Source: an uncultured Gammaproteobacteria bacterium (lineage in GTDB: Bacteria > Pseudomonadota > Gammaproteobacteria > Magnimaribacterales > D2472). Taken from it: DNA of 64,000 bases. The notes under the pieces are model-generated. The model searched no databases. It was not told the origin of the DNA and worked only from the letters and a program-made list of their open reading frames with translations. The position numbers and the translations under genes are program-made. How positions within the stretch are numbered: the stretch's first letter is position 1; each line of letters starts with the position of its first letter. This document shows positions 23,350 through 34,569 of the stretch, piece by piece. The stretch spans positions 1,593-65,592 of the forward strand of contig CAYQIT010000002.1 of assembly GCA_964417685.1 (NCBI GenBank). The letters are read 5' to 3'.

Positions 23350-24645
23350 ATGGCTGAGCAAGGTGCAGGAATGAGTGATCTTTGGAAAAGACTACGATTT
23401 GTCTTCATGGCAATTATTGTCTATAGAATTGGTTCACATATACCGATACCTGGAATAGACCCAGATCGATTAGCTCAACTTTTTGAGCAGAACCAAGGAA
23501 CTATTTTAGATATGTTTAATATGTTCTCAGGCGGAGCCTTAGAGAGAATGAGTGTTTTTGCACTTAATGTTATCCCATACATATCAGCTGCAATTATTAT
23601 GCAATTATTCTCAAACTCTATTCCTTACTTAATAGAGTTAAAAAAGGACGGACAAGCAGGAAGAAATAAAATCACACAATATACAAGGTATGGCACAGTC
23701 ATTCTTGCATTTATTCAAGCTTCTGCTTTAGCTGTGACACTTTCATCCAGTGGACTAGCCTTTACACCTGGTACCTCTTTCTTTGTTTCCGCAGTGTTCT
23801 CAGTAGTAGCTGGAACAGTATTTTTAATGTGGTTAGGAGAGCAGGTCTCTGAGAGGGGTATAGGAAATGGAATTTCTATAATTATTGCTACAAGCATTTT
23901 AACAGGTATACCAGGGGCTATTGGCCAATCTCTTGAGCAAGCGAGGCAAGGGGATTTAAATATACTTCTACTTATTGGAATTGGTCTATTGGCAATGATT
24001 GTAATTGCAATTGTAGTATTCATCGAAAGAGGTCAGAGAAGGATCACTGTAAATTATGCCCAGCGCCAACAGGGCAGAAGAATGATGCAGGCTCAATCAA
24101 GCCATCTACCTTTTAAAGTTAATATGGCAGGAGTTATACCTGCAATTTTCGCGAGCACATTTCTATTATTTCCAGCATCTTTGTCAACATGGTTTGGTCA
24201 AAGCGAGTCACTTGGTTTTTTGCAAAGCATCTCTTTAGCTTTAAACCCTGGACAGCCTCTATATATATTAGTTTTTGCAACGCTTATAATTTCTTTTTGT
24301 TTTATATGGTTAGCATTAACTTTTAATACAAAAGAAGTGTCAGACAATCTAAAAAGATCTGGAGCATATATAGCTGGTATTAGGCCTGGTGAGCAAACAG
24401 CAAATTATATTGATGCTGTGCTTGCAAGATTAACTGTCTTCGGAGCAATATATTTAACACTTATATGCTTGCTTCCATTAGCCTTAATTAATTTTGCAGG
24501 TGTTTCTTTCTACTTTGGTGGAACCTCAGTCTTAATTATTGTTGTTGTATTGATGGATTTTATGGCTCAAGTTCAATCTCATTTGATGTCAGGACAATAT
24601 GCATCACTAATGAAAAAAGCAAATTTAAAAAACTACAAAAGATAA
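23350..24645 (+). CDS. secY: Preprotein translocase subunit SecY
   Basis: Multi-TM; [33 protein letters not shown]. Confidence 0.99.
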   Translation: MAEQGAGMSDLWKRLRFVFMAIIVYRIGSHIPIPGIDPDRLAQLFEQNQGTILDMFNMFSGGALERMSVFALNVIPYISAAIIMQLFSNSIPYLIELKKDGQAGRNKITQYTRYGTVILAFIQASALAVTLSSSGLAFTPGTSFFVSAVFSVVAGTVFLMWLGEQVSERGIGNGISIIIATSILTGIPGAIGQSLEQARQGDLNILLLIGIGLLAMIVIAIVVFIERGQRRITVNYAQRQQGRRMMQAQSSHLPFKVNMAGVIPAIFASTFLLFPASLSTWFGQSESLGFLQSISLALNPGQPLYILVFATLIISFCFIWLALTFNTKEVSDNLKRSGAYIAGIRPGEQTANYIDAVLARLTVFGAIYLTLICLLPLALINFAGVSFYFGGTSVLIIVVVLMDFMAQVQSHLMSGQYASLMKKANLKNYKR

Positions 24646-24646
24646 T

Positions 24647-24763
24647 ATGAAAGTTAAAGCATCAGTAAAAAAAATCTGCAGAAATTGCAAAATAGTTCGA
24701 AGAAATGGCGTTCTATTTGTTATCTGTAAAACAGACAAAAAACACAAACAGAGACAAGGATAA
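24647..24763 (+). CDS. rpmJ: 50S ribosomal protein L36 (zinc-ribbon form); below ORF-track length cutoff
   Basis: Manual translation [38 protein letters not shown] (38 aa, CxxC...C...H). Confidence 0.97.
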   Translation: MKVKASVKKICRNCKIVRRNGVLFVICKTDKKHKQRQG

Positions 24764-24766
24764 GAT

Positions 24767-25123
24767 ATGGCAAGGATAGCTGGAGTTAATATTCCTGAAA
24801 ACAAACATGTAGAGATTTCTCTTACACATATATTTGGAATTGGCAGAACTACTGCTCAGACGATATGTAAAGAGCTAAAGATTGACTATACAAGAAAAAT
24901 ATCTGACCTTACTGAAGATGAGATTGAGTTAATTAGGGTTTCAGTTGCTAAAATAAATGTAGAAGGCGATCTAAGAAGAGAGATAAGCACTAATATAAAA
25001 AGATTAATGGATCTCAAGTCATATAGAGGAGTAAGACACAGAAGAAAACTCCCAACAAGAGGTCAGAGAACTAAAACAAATGCCAGAACTAGAAAAGGCG
25101 CTAAAAAACCAATGAGAGGTTAA
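24767..25123 (+). CDS. rpsM: 30S ribosomal protein S13
   Basis: [24 protein letters not shown]. Confidence 0.99.
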   Translation: MARIAGVNIPENKHVEISLTHIFGIGRTTAQTICKELKIDYTRKISDLTEDEIELIRVSVAKINVEGDLRREISTNIKRLMDLKSYRGVRHRRKLPTRGQRTKTNARTRKGAKKPMRG

Positions 25124-25128
25124 TAAAG

Positions 25129-25506
25129 ATGGCAGTAAAAGGAAAAAAATCCAAAAAGATTGTTACTGATGGAGTGGCGCATATTCACTCTTCTTTCAAC
25201 AATACAATTGTAACCATAACTGACAAGCAGGGTAATACTGTTTGCTGGGCAACATCTGGAGGCTCAGGTTTTAAAGGCTCAAGAAAAAGCACACCTTTTG
25301 CTGCACAGATAGCTGCTGAAAAGGCTGGAAATACTGCAAAAGAGTTTGGAATGATTAATTTGGATGTAAAAGTTAAAGGTCCTGGCGGGGGAAGAGAGTC
25401 TGCTATTAGGTCTTTAAATGCATGTGGATTAAAAATTAAAAGTATAACTGACGTCACCCCATTACCACATAATGGGTGTAGACCATCTAAGAAAAGAAGA
25501 GTTTAA
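25129..25506 (+). CDS. rpsK: 30S ribosomal protein S11
   Basis: [23 protein letters not shown]. Confidence 0.99.
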   Translation: MAVKGKKSKKIVTDGVAHIHSSFNNTIVTITDKQGNTVCWATSGGSGFKGSRKSTPFAAQIAAEKAGNTAKEFGMINLDVKVKGPGGGRESAIRSLNACGLKIKSITDVTPLPHNGCRPSKKRRV

Positions 25507-25517
25507 CGGAGAAGTAA

Positions 25518-26138
25518 ATGGCTAGATATAGAGGACCATCACTAAGACTTTCAAGAAGAGAAGGGACTGATCTTTTCCTTAAAAGTGGAGTAAGAGCAAT
25601 TGAATCAAAATGTAACATGGACTCGCCTCCTGGAGCTCAGGGTGCTAGAAGAGGAAGGTTGTCTGATTACGGTTTACAGCTAAGAGAAAAACAAAAAGTT
25701 AGAAGAATGTATGGAGTTTTAGAGAAGCAATTTAGAAATTACTATAAAAAAGCAGCATCTCAAAAAGGAAATACAGGTGAAAACCTATTATCTTTGCTTG
25801 AAAAAAGGCTTGATAATGTTGTTTATAGAATGGGCTTTGGATGTACTAGAGCAGAAGCTAGGCAAATGGTTTCTCATAAAGCATTTAAGGTTAACGGACA
25901 GGTTGTAAATATACCTTCTTATCAGGTTCAAGATGGCGATGAAATTGAAGTAAGAGAGAGAAAAAAATCACATCTTAGAATCGCTTCTGCATTAAAAATA
26001 GCAGCTTCACGTGAAGAGTGTGATTGGGTTGAAGTTGATGATAAAAATTTAAAAGGGGTATTTAAATCAGCTCCAGATAGAGCAGATTTAGGAACAGAAA
26101 TTAACGAAAATCTTATTATTGAGCTTTACTCAAAATAA
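25518..26138 (+). CDS. rpsD: 30S ribosomal protein S4
   Basis: [26 protein letters not shown]. Confidence 0.99.
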   Translation: MARYRGPSLRLSRREGTDLFLKSGVRAIESKCNMDSPPGAQGARRGRLSDYGLQLREKQKVRRMYGVLEKQFRNYYKKAASQKGNTGENLLSLLEKRLDNVVYRMGFGCTRAEARQMVSHKAFKVNGQVVNIPSYQVQDGDEIEVRERKKSHLRIASALKIAASREECDWVEVDDKNLKGVFKSAPDRADLGTEINENLIIELYSK

Positions 26139-26159
26139 GAAATAAAGGCGGATAAAATT

Positions 26160-27125
26160 ATGCAAACATCAGTAATAGATTTACTAGTCCCAACAGAAAT
26201 TCAAGTTGATGACATTTCACCAACTTTATCCAAGGTCACACTTGAACCTTTAGAGAGAGGTTTCGGCCACACTCTTGGCAATGCGCTTAGAAGGATTTTA
26301 TTATCATCTATGCCTGGAGCAGCAGTTACAGATGTTGTTATTGATGGTATTACTCATGAATACAGCACTATTGAAGGTGTTAGAGAAGATGTTATTGATA
26401 TTCTTCTAAATATCAAAGATATGCCTGTTAAAGTGATTGAAGGCGACACTGCAGAAATTGTGCTTGATGTAACAGGTCCATGCGATGTGCTTGCATCATC
26501 ATTTGAAGTGCCAGGCAATGTTGAACTTGTGGATCAAGACTTTCACGTTGCATCAATAATTGACAAAGTAAACTTAAAAATGACTTTAACCGTTAAAACA
26601 GGGAGAGGTTATGAGCCAGCAGACCTTCGAGACGATGAAGATAGAGTGGTTGGTGGTTTAAAAGTAGATGCTTCTTACAGCCCTGTTAAAAGAATTTCGT
26701 ATAATGTTGATAATGCAAGATTTGAAAAAAGAACTGACTTAGACAAGCTATTAATTGAGCTTGAAACGGATGGAACCCTTGATCCAAAAATGGCTATCGA
26801 GCATGCAGCTACTATATTCCAACAACAGCTTAGCGCATTTGTTGATTTAGATGCAATTGCAGAGCAGGAAGCTAAAAAAGATCAAAATGATTTTGATCCA
26901 TTGCTACTCAGATCAATTGAAGAGCTTGAGCTAACAGTACGTTCTACCAACTGTCTGAAAGCTGAGAGCATATTTTTAATTGGAGATTTAATACATAGAT
27001 CAGAATTTGACCTTTTGAAAACCCCTAATTTTGGAAAAAAATCGCTTAACGAAATCAAAGATGTATTAGCATCAAAGAACTTATCATTAGGCATGACAGT
27101 TGAAAATTGGCCACCATTAGGATAA
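26160..27125 (+). CDS. rpoA: RNA polymerase alpha subunit
   Basis: [22 protein letters not shown]; alpha[19 protein letters not shown]. Confidence 0.99.
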   Translation: MQTSVIDLLVPTEIQVDDISPTLSKVTLEPLERGFGHTLGNALRRILLSSMPGAAVTDVVIDGITHEYSTIEGVREDVIDILLNIKDMPVKVIEGDTAEIVLDVTGPCDVLASSFEVPGNVELVDQDFHVASIIDKVNLKMTLTVKTGRGYEPADLRDDEDRVVGGLKVDASYSPVKRISYNVDNARFEKRTDLDKLLIELETDGTLDPKMAIEHAATIFQQQLSAFVDLDAIAEQEAKKDQNDFDPLLLRSIEELELTVRSTNCLKAESIFLIGDLIHRSEFDLLKTPNFGKKSLNEIKDVLASKNLSLGMTVENWPPLG

Positions 27126-27131
27126 AAAAAG

Positions 27132-27542
27132 ATGAGACATAGAAAAGCAGGAAGAAAACTAAATAGAAATTCATCGCATAGAAAGGCTCTATTTAAAAAT
27201 CTTTCGATAGCACTTATTGAGCAAGATATTATTAGAACAACTCTGCCAAAAGCAAAAGAGCTTAGAAGATTTATTGAGCCACTAATTACTCTTGCAAAAG
27301 TAGATAGTGTTGCAAATAGAAGACTGGCTTTTAATAAACTTCGTTCAGACTCAGCTGTGGGAAAACTATTCTCTACTGTTGCTGTTAATTCAAAAGATAG
27401 AAATGGCGGTTACACAAGAATAATTAAAGCTGGTTTTAGGCCTGGTGATAAGGCTGATATGGCATATATCGAACTTGTTGACAGAGACCTTGGTAATGCT
27501 GATCAAGATACCCCAGAAACTGAAGAAAACTCAGCAGCTTAA
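27132..27542 (+). CDS. rplQ: 50S ribosomal protein L17
   Basis: [28 protein letters not shown]. Confidence 0.99.
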   Translation: MRHRKAGRKLNRNSSHRKALFKNLSIALIEQDIIRTTLPKAKELRRFIEPLITLAKVDSVANRRLAFNKLRSDSAVGKLFSTVAVNSKDRNGGYTRIIKAGFRPGDKADMAYIELVDRDLGNADQDTPETEENSAA

Positions 27543-30361
27543 CTTAAGATTTGTTTTAGAAAGGTTCCTGTATAGGAACCTTTTTTGTTTGCCACATCCT
27601 CTGGAGTCCCACTTGCAACAATAGTTCCACCTTCGCTTCCTCCTTCCGGCCCAAGGTCAATTATCCAATCAGCTGTTTTGATGACATCTAAATTGTGTTC
27701 AATGACAACAATGGTATTTCCTTGATCTTTTAATCTTTTCAATACATTCATCAATAACTCTATATCTGCAAAATGAAGACCTGTTGTAGGCTCGTCAAGT
27801 ATAAAGAGGGTTTTGCCTGTGCTTCTTTTAGAAAGTTCTTTTGCAAGTTTTATTCTCTGCGCTTCTCCTCCCGAGAGAGTTATGGCCGACTGACCAAGCG
27901 TAATATAGCCTAAACCAACGTCATTTAAAGTAACTAGTTTATTTTTTATAGCAGGATGAGCGTCAAAAAAAGCTAAGGCTTCTTCTACTGTCATATTCAA
28001 AATATCACTTATATTTTTATCCTTGAATTTAACCTCTAAGGTTTGTTCATTGTATCTATGCCCATTACATACATCACACATAACATACACATCAGCTAAA
28101 AAATGCATTTCTACTTTAGTCATGCCATCCCCTTGGCAAGCTTCACATCTTCCACCTTTTACATTAAAACTAAACCTACCAGGTTTATAACCTCTTGATC
28201 TAGCCTCAACGGTTTGTGATAGTAGATCTCTAATATGAGAAAATAGTCCTGTGTATGTTGCTGGATTAGATCTAGGAGTTCTTCCAATAGGAGACTGATC
28301 AATGTTGATTACTTTGTCTAGATTCTCCAATCCATCAATCTTTTGGCATTTAACTTCCTTAGTCAGCTTTGATTTATTTAAAATAAATGAACTTAATGGA
28401 AGGAGAGTTTGGTTTATTAATGATGATTTGCCCGAACCGGAAACCCCAGTAATACAAGTAAAAAGCCCAACAGGTATTTGAGCTGAAACATTTTTTAGAT
28501 TATTTTCTTGAGATTTGATAATGTGAATGAACTTATCAGATGGTTTCTTTCGAATGCTTGGAATTGAAATTTGTTTTTCACCAGAAAGATATTTTGCAGT
28601 TATAGAATTTTTATTATTTAGAATTTCTTCTAAAGCTCCCTCTGCGCAGATTTCTCCGCCATGCTTACCAGCACCTGGTCCAATATCTATAATATGGTCA
28701 GCACATCTAATAGCCTCTTCATCATGTTCTACAACAATGACTGTATTACCTAAATTTTTTAGGTTGTTGAGAGTTTTTATTAATTTTTCATTATCTCTTT
28801 GGTGCAATCCAATCGATGGCTCATCAAGGACGTAAGTAACACCAACAAGACCAGATCCAATTTGTGAAGCCAACCTTATTCTTTGTGCTTCACCTCCAGA
28901 GAGGCTCTCAGCACTTCTCTCTAGTGTTAGATAACTAAGACCAACATCCTCCAAGAAAGTTAACCTGTCAGTTATCTCTTTTAATATTTTCTCAGCAATT
29001 TTGAGCTCAGATCCATCTAACTTCATATTCTCAATGAATGCCAACGCATCATTGATTCTAAGAGAAGTGATTGAACCTATAGCTGTATCATTTATAAAAA
29101 CATTTCTAGCTATTTTATTTAATCTTGAGCCATTGCAAACATTACATGCACTTTTAGACATAAGTTTTGATAGTTCCTCTCTTATGTATTCAGAATCAGT
29201 TTCTTTAAACCTTCTTTCAGTGCTGGGAATAATACCTTCAAACTTGTGCTTTCTAACAATTCTACTTCCACTCCTAAACCTATGAGAGAAGTCAACTTTA
29301 TCTTTTGAACCCCATAATATAATTTCTTTTATCTCATTTGGATAATCTTTCCATAGAGTGGTAAGGCTAAAGTTATAATGAGCAGCTAAGCATTTTAGTT
29401 GGTAAAAATAAAATCTATTTCGTCTAGTCCATCCTTTTATAGCACCATTACTTATAGATACTTCTTCATCCTGAATTAATCTTTTCTCATTAAAATATTG
29501 GATTACTCCAAGACCATCACATTTTTCACATGCCCCATATGGGTTATTAAATGAAAACATTCTTGGTTCCAACTCTGGGATGCTATAACCACACTGCGAG
29601 CATGAAAAGTTTGATGAAAATAATTTTATTTCTTTGTTTGAATTTATTTCTTCAACTTCTACAAGACCATCAGATAACAAGAGTGAAGTCTCAATTGATT
29701 CAGAAAGTCTTGATCTGGTTTCATCAGTTTTTTTTAAAATTATTCTATCAATGACTGCAGCAATATCATGCTTCTTGTTTTTTTCTAATTCAGGAAATTC
29801 CTCAATTGGGTAAACTTCACCATCGACTTTTACTCTTACGTACCCAGCCTTTCTTAAATCTTCATAAACAGCATGATGTTCTCCTTTCTTACCTCTAATC
29901 ACTGGAGCTAACACTATTAACTTTGAGCCCTCTTTCATTTCAAAGATATCATTACATATTTCCGTAACAGTCTTTGCAGCAAGCTCTTCATTGTGGTCAG
30001 GGCAAGTAGGAATACCTATTCGTGCATATAATAGTCTTAGATAATCATAAATTTCAGTAACAGTTCCAACTGTTGATCTTGGATTATGAGATGTTGCCTT
30101 TTGTTCAATTGATATAGCTGGTGATAGGCCTTCAATTTGATCAACATCTGGTTTTTCCATCATTGACAGAAACTGTCTTGCATATGTTGATAAGGACTCA
30201 ACATATCTTCTTTGACCTTCGGCATATAGAGTGTCAAAAGCAAGAGAAGACTTTCCTGAACCAGAAAGTCCAGTAATAACTATTATTTTATTTCTAGGTA
30301 TCTCAAGGCTTATATTTTTCAAATTATGTGTTCGAGCACCTTTGATGTAAATATTGTCCAT
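27539..30361 (-). CDS. uvrA: Excinuclease ABC subunit A
   Basis: 940 aa; two Walker A ([16 protein letters not shown]), two LSGGEAQRI, Zn-finger CxxC pairs. Confidence 0.99.
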   Translation of the reverse strand: MDNIYIKGARTHNLKNISLEIPRNKIIVITGLSGSGKSSLAFDTLYAEGQRRYVESLSTYARQFLSMMEKPDVDQIEGLSPAISIEQKATSHNPRSTVGTVTEIYDYLRLLYARIGIPTCPDHNEELAAKTVTEICNDIFEMKEGSKLIVLAPVIRGKKGEHHAVYEDLRKAGYVRVKVDGEVYPIEEFPELEKNKKHDIAAVIDRIILKKTDETRSRLSESIETSLLLSDGLVEVEEINSNKEIKLFSSNFSCSQCGYSIPELEPRMFSFNNPYGACEKCDGLGVIQYFNEKRLIQDEEVSISNGAIKGWTRRNRFYFYQLKCLAAHYNFSLTTLWKDYPNEIKEIILWGSKDKVDFSHRFRSGSRIVRKHKFEGIIPSTERRFKETDSEYIREELSKLMSKSACNVCNGSRLNKIARNVFINDTAIGSITSLRINDALAFIENMKLDGSELKIAEKILKEITDRLTFLEDVGLSYLTLERSAESLSGGEAQRIRLASQIGSGLVGVTYVLDEPSIGLHQRDNEKLIKTLNNLKNLGNTVIVVEHDEEAIRCADHIIDIGPGAGKHGGEICAEGALEEILNNKNSITAKYLSGEKQISIPSIRKKPSDKFIHIIKSQENNLKNVSAQIPVGLFTCITGVSGSGKSSLINQTLLPLSSFILNKSKLTKEVKCQKIDGLENLDKVINIDQSPIGRTPRSNPATYTGLFSHIRDLLSQTVEARSRGYKPGRFSFNVKGGRCEACQGDGMTKVEMHFLADVYVMCDVCNGHRYNEQTLEVKFKDKNISDILNMTVEEALAFFDAHPAIKNKLVTLNDVGLGYITLGQSAITLSGGEAQRIKLAKELSKRSTGKTLFILDEPTTGLHFADIELLMNVLKRLKDQGNTIVVIEHNLDVIKTADWIIDLGPEGGSEGGTIVASGTPEDVANKKGSYTGTFLKQILS
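27561..27586 (+). terminator. Intrinsic terminator of the ribosomal superoperon, lying inside the uvrA coding sequence
   Basis: AAGGTTCCT-GTAT-AGGAACCTT hairpin running into TTTTTT, 18 nt past the rplQ stop. Confidence 0.75.
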
Positions 30362-30431
30362 AAGAAAGAAATAATCCGTGATGAAAAAATTATTTTGAGT
30401 TAAACTTCATAGATCATTATAAGAGGTAATT

Positions 30432-30872
30432 ATGAGTAGAGGCGTAAATAAAGTTATTTTAGTTGGAAATTTGGGTCAGAAACCAGAAATGAGATATACG
30501 GCGACTCAATCCGCAGTTGCTAATCTTTCAATAGCTACTACTGAATCCTGGAAGGATAAAGAGAGTGGTGAGATGAGAGATAAAACAGAATGGCATAGGG
30601 TCGTATTTTTTGGAAAGCTAGCAGAAATTGTTGAAAAGTATCTTGATAAAGGTTCAAGTGTTTACGTAGAAGGAAAGCTTCAAACTAGAAAATGGCAGGA
30701 CAAGAATGGAGCTGATAGATGGACAACTGAAATCGTTGGTAATGAATTAACAATGCTTGGATCTAGATCGCAAAACGATGCAGGGATGTCAAGCAATAAT
30801 CAGACTGAATCACCATTTCCATCTGAAGGTGATTCTGGATCAGGCCTAACAGATGACGATATTCCTTTTTAG
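30432..30872 (+). CDS. ssb: Single-stranded DNA-binding protein
   Basis: [14 protein letters not shown] fold, TEWHRVV, C-terminal DDIPF. Confidence 0.99.
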   Translation: MSRGVNKVILVGNLGQKPEMRYTATQSAVANLSIATTESWKDKESGEMRDKTEWHRVVFFGKLAEIVEKYLDKGSSVYVEGKLQTRKWQDKNGADRWTTEIVGNELTMLGSRSQNDAGMSSNNQTESPFPSEGDSGSGLTDDDIPF

Positions 30873-30884
30873 GATTTAACCTAG

Positions 30885-31754
30885 TTGAAGTTTGATACCA
30901 TTCTCTTTGAAGAGAAAGATTCCATAGCATTAATAACCTTAAATAGGCCAAAAAAACTTAATGCTTTTAATCAATCAATGCTTTTTGATTTATTAAAGGT
31001 ATTTGATCATTGTGACCAAAGCGATTCCATAAAAGCTATCATAATAACAGGATCAGGAAGGGCATTCTGTGCAGGAGCTGATCTATCCTCTGGTAAAAAT
31101 ACTTTTAAAAGCGAATTTGATAATACAGGTAAGTATGATGAGGATTTTAATAGAGATTCTGGAGGAATTTTAACTCTTAGGATGTATAGAAGCCTAAAGC
31201 CTATTATTGCAGCTTGCAATGGACCGGCTGTAGGTGTTGGAGCAACTCTCCAATTGGCAGCTGATATTCGAATAGCATCTAACAATGCTGCTTTCTCATT
31301 TCCATTTGCTAAAAGAGGGATTGCTCCTGATGCATGCTCCAGCTGGTTTTTGCCTAAAATAGTTGGCATATCCAAAGCCTTAGAATGGTCATATTCTGGA
31401 GAGCTGATTAGTTCAGATGATGCATTTGCAAGTGGGCTTATTTCCTATATTTCCTCTACAGAGGATTTAATAAAAGATGCTATAAAAGTAGCAACAAAAT
31501 TTATTAAAACCTCGTCCCCGGTATCAATTGCGCTAACTAGACAAATGATGTGGTCATTATCATCGAGGTCAACTCCTGAAGATGCTCATAAAATCGATTC
31601 AAAAGTCATTGAAGCAAGAGGTTTATCTGAAGATGCTGCTGAAGGAGTGATTTCATTTTTGGAGAAGAGGAATCCTAGCTTTAAAAACCTAGTTTCAAAA
31701 GATATTCCAAATATTTTTCCATGGGACGAATCACAATTTAGAAAAGAGGACTGA
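30885..31754 (+). CDS. Crotonase/enoyl-CoA hydratase-isomerase family protein (TTG start)
   Basis: TLNRPKKLNA, AFCAGADL, KPIIAACNGPAVG, EGVISFLEKR. Confidence 0.9.
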   Translation: MKFDTILFEEKDSIALITLNRPKKLNAFNQSMLFDLLKVFDHCDQSDSIKAIIITGSGRAFCAGADLSSGKNTFKSEFDNTGKYDEDFNRDSGGILTLRMYRSLKPIIAACNGPAVGVGATLQLAADIRIASNNAAFSFPFAKRGIAPDACSSWFLPKIVGISKALEWSYSGELISSDDAFASGLISYISSTEDLIKDAIKVATKFIKTSSPVSIALTRQMMWSLSSRSTPEDAHKIDSKVIEARGLSEDAAEGVISFLEKRNPSFKNLVSKDIPNIFPWDESQFRKED

Positions 31755-31755
31755 A

Positions 31756-32835
31756 ATGTTATTTAATGAATACAAGTTAAAAAATACAACTCTTAGAAAT
31801 AGAATTGTAATGGCGCCCATGACTCGAAGTATGTCACCAGGAGGCGTCCCAACAAAAGACGTTGTTGATTATTATCAAAGAAGAGCCAGAGCTAACGTTG
31901 GTTTGATTATTACTGAAGGAATAGAAATTAGCCATGCTGCTTCAAGTGCATACCCTAATGTACCTAGGCTGGATAGCAAGAAAGCAATTGCTGGTTGGAA
32001 AGAGGTGGTTAGTGGAATAAAAAATACCGGTGGAGCAGTTGTAGGACAATTATGGCATTGTGGCGGATTCAGAAAGCCAGGCATGGGGCCAAATCCTGAT
32101 GTGCCAGGTCATACAGCATCAGGATTAACTCGCCCAGGTAAGAATGTAGCTCATCCAATGACAATTGATGATATAAATCAAACAATTGATGCTTATGCTG
32201 CTGATGCAAAGCGTTGTGAAGAGATTGGCTTTGATGGCATTGAAATTCATGGTGCTCATGGTTATTTAATTGATAACTTTTTATGGGAGGGAACAAATAT
32301 CAGGGATGATGACTATGGAGGCTCAATAGAAAACAGGGCAAGATTAGCTACAGAAATTGTTGAGGCAATTAGATCAAATGTTAGTGATGATTTTATTGTT
32401 GGTTTTCGATTTTCACAATGGAAGCAACAAGACTACAAGGCACGCTTAGCAAATAATGATAAAGAGTTAGCTGAAATGCTGAAAGGACCAACTAATTCAG
32501 GTTTAGACTACATTCACTCGAGCATGAGAAGGTATTGGGAGCCAGAATTCAAGAAGTCAGATCATAATCTTGCTTATTGGACAAAGAAAATCTCAAAACT
32601 TCCCACAATAAGTGTTGGTAGTGTAGGTCTTGATTCAGATTTTATAGATATGACTGCTCCAGCCAAACCATCAAATATTAAAAAAGTTATTGAAGATATA
32701 AATGATGGTAAATACGATTTAGTAGCAGTCGGTCGAGCATTACTAGCAGATCATGAATGGGCTCTAAAAATGGAGCAGGGTAGATTAGATGATATTAAAC
32801 CTTATAACGAGGACACTTTAAAAACTTATTTTTAG
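31756..32835 (+). CDS. NADH:flavin oxidoreductase (Old Yellow Enzyme family ene-reductase)
   Basis: NRIVMAPMTR, QLWHCG, EIHGAHGYL, YGGSIENR, VGRALL. Confidence 0.92.
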   Translation: MLFNEYKLKNTTLRNRIVMAPMTRSMSPGGVPTKDVVDYYQRRARANVGLIITEGIEISHAASSAYPNVPRLDSKKAIAGWKEVVSGIKNTGGAVVGQLWHCGGFRKPGMGPNPDVPGHTASGLTRPGKNVAHPMTIDDINQTIDAYAADAKRCEEIGFDGIEIHGAHGYLIDNFLWEGTNIRDDDYGGSIENRARLATEIVEAIRSNVSDDFIVGFRFSQWKQQDYKARLANNDKELAEMLKGPTNSGLDYIHSSMRRYWEPEFKKSDHNLAYWTKKISKLPTISVGSVGLDSDFIDMTAPAKPSNIKKVIEDINDGKYDLVAVGRALLADHEWALKMEQGRLDDIKPYNEDTLKTYF

Positions 32836-32836
32836 T

Positions 32837-34045
32837 TTAATATTCTGAAAAAATCAAAGTTGCATTTGTTCCACCAAACCCGAATGAGTTACTCATTGCG
32901 CAGGAAATTTTTTGCTCTCTAGTTTCTTGATTTATATCCAAGCCATTAGCCTCATCAACCAAGTTGCCGATATTAATCGATGGAGCTATAAAGTTTTCAT
33001 TGATCATCATTATTGTATAAATTGCTTCTTGAACTCCTGTTGCACCCAAAGAATGACCAGTCATAGACTTTGTAGAGCTAATAGTTGGAATATTATTTTC
33101 AAAGACCTTTTTTATTGCATTGAGTTCAGCTAAGTCACCTACAGGTGTGCTAGTACCATGTGCATTAATATAATCAACAGATTTTTTTGATGTTGTCAGA
33201 GCACCTCTCATGCATCTTTCTGCTCCCTCTCCAGACGGGGCGACCATATCGTACCCATCTGAGTTAGCAAAATACCCAGATAATTCTGCAATTATATTAG
33301 CACCTCTATTTTTTGCATGATCCTCGTCTTCTAAGACAAGAATACCAGCACCTCCTGATATAACAAATCCATCCCTATCAATATCAAAAGCCCTTGATGC
33401 AGCAGAGGGATTATCATTGAAGTTTGATGAAAGGGCGCCCATTGCATCAAACATACATGAAGAACTCCAGTGCTCGTCTTCTCCACCTCCAACAAGGACA
33501 ATATCTTGTTGACCAGATTTTATTAAGTCTGCTCCGTGACCAATGCAGTGCGCGCTTGTTGAGCAAGCAGATGAAATTGAATAGTTCACTCCTTGAAGTT
33601 TTAAGGCTGTTCCCAATATAGCTGCTACTGTACTCCCCATAGTTTTTGTTACTGCATAGGGGCCAATCCTTTTTGGGCCTTTATCCCTTGTTATATCTGC
33701 TGTAACAACTTGAGCTTTTGTTGACGCACCACCAGATCCTGCAACAATCCCAACTCTAGGATTTGATAGCATCTCATCACTAAGACCTGACATATCAATA
33801 GCATCTAGCGCTGCTAGATAAGCATATGCTGGGGCTTCTCCCATGAATCTTAAAAGTTTCCTATCAATAACTTCTTTAAGATCAATATCAATACTTCCAG
33901 ATATCTGGCTCCTAAAGTTCATATCTGCATATGTCTGATTCTTTACTATCCCAGACTTTCCATTTTGCAAACTATGCAGGACATCTTTATATGAATGGCC
34001 TATACATGACTTTATTCCAATTCCTGTTACTACAACTTTTTTCAT
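32837..34045 (-). CDS. fabB: 3-oxoacyl-ACP synthase I
   Basis: SISSACSTSAH (Cys), NAHGTST, TGHSLGA catalytic triad, NSFGFGG; adjacent to fabA. Confidence 0.93.
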   Translation of the reverse strand: MKKVVVTGIGIKSCIGHSYKDVLHSLQNGKSGIVKNQTYADMNFRSQISGSIDIDLKEVIDRKLLRFMGEAPAYAYLAALDAIDMSGLSDEMLSNPRVGIVAGSGGASTKAQVVTADITRDKGPKRIGPYAVTKTMGSTVAAILGTALKLQGVNYSISSACSTSAHCIGHGADLIKSGQQDIVLVGGGEDEHWSSSCMFDAMGALSSNFNDNPSAASRAFDIDRDGFVISGGAGILVLEDEDHAKNRGANIIAELSGYFANSDGYDMVAPSGEGAERCMRGALTTSKKSVDYINAHGTSTPVGDLAELNAIKKVFENNIPTISSTKSMTGHSLGATGVQEAIYTIMMINENFIAPSINIGNLVDEANGLDINQETREQKISCAMSNSFGFGGTNATLIFSEY

Positions 34046-34047
34046 AA

Positions 34048-34569
34048 TTAAAAATTACTTGTATCTTTAAATAATCCCACTTTAAGATTTTCAGCAGAAT
34101 AAACTTCTCTATCATCAACATACATTTTTCCATGAGCCAGGCCAAGAACTGCACCTCTGTTAATAATCCTTTTTATATCTAACTCATATCTTACTATTTT
34201 AGAAGTTGGTAAGACTTGCCCAAAAAACTTAACTTTTTCTGCACCTAAGGCTCGACCAACTCCAGACAATCCAGACCATAAAAGAAAAAAGCCCAGTAGC
34301 TGCCACATAGCATCCAATCCAAGACAACCAGGCATAACAGGATCTTCCTTGAAATGACAATCAAAAAACCATAGTTCAGGGCTTATATTTAATTCGGCAA
34401 TTATTTTGCCTTTATTAAACTCACCTTGGTCATCATTGATCAATTTAATTGAATCAAACATAAGCATGTTATCTGAAGGAAGCCTTCCATCTCCTTCATT
34501 AAATAATTTACCATTGCCACAATCAATTAAGTCTTGTTTTGAGTATTGGTTTTGAGGAACAAACATCAC
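34048..34569 (-). CDS. fabA: 3-hydroxydecanoyl-ACP dehydratase/isomerase
   Basis: [23 protein letters not shown] with the FabA-specific His/Asp pair. Confidence 0.96.
   Translation of the reverse strand: MMFVPQNQYSKQDLIDCGNGKLFNEGDGRLPSDNMLMFDSIKLINDDQGEFNKGKIIAELNISPELWFFDCHFKEDPVMPGCLGLDAMWQLLGFFLLWSGLSGVGRALGAEKVKFFGQVLPTSKIVRYELDIKRIINRGAVLGLAHGKMYVDDREVYSAENLKVGLFKDTSNF

Noticed and set aside
24646-24766. Apparent absence of rpmJ in the ORF track
   Set aside because: The gene is present (38 aa) and simply below the length cutoff
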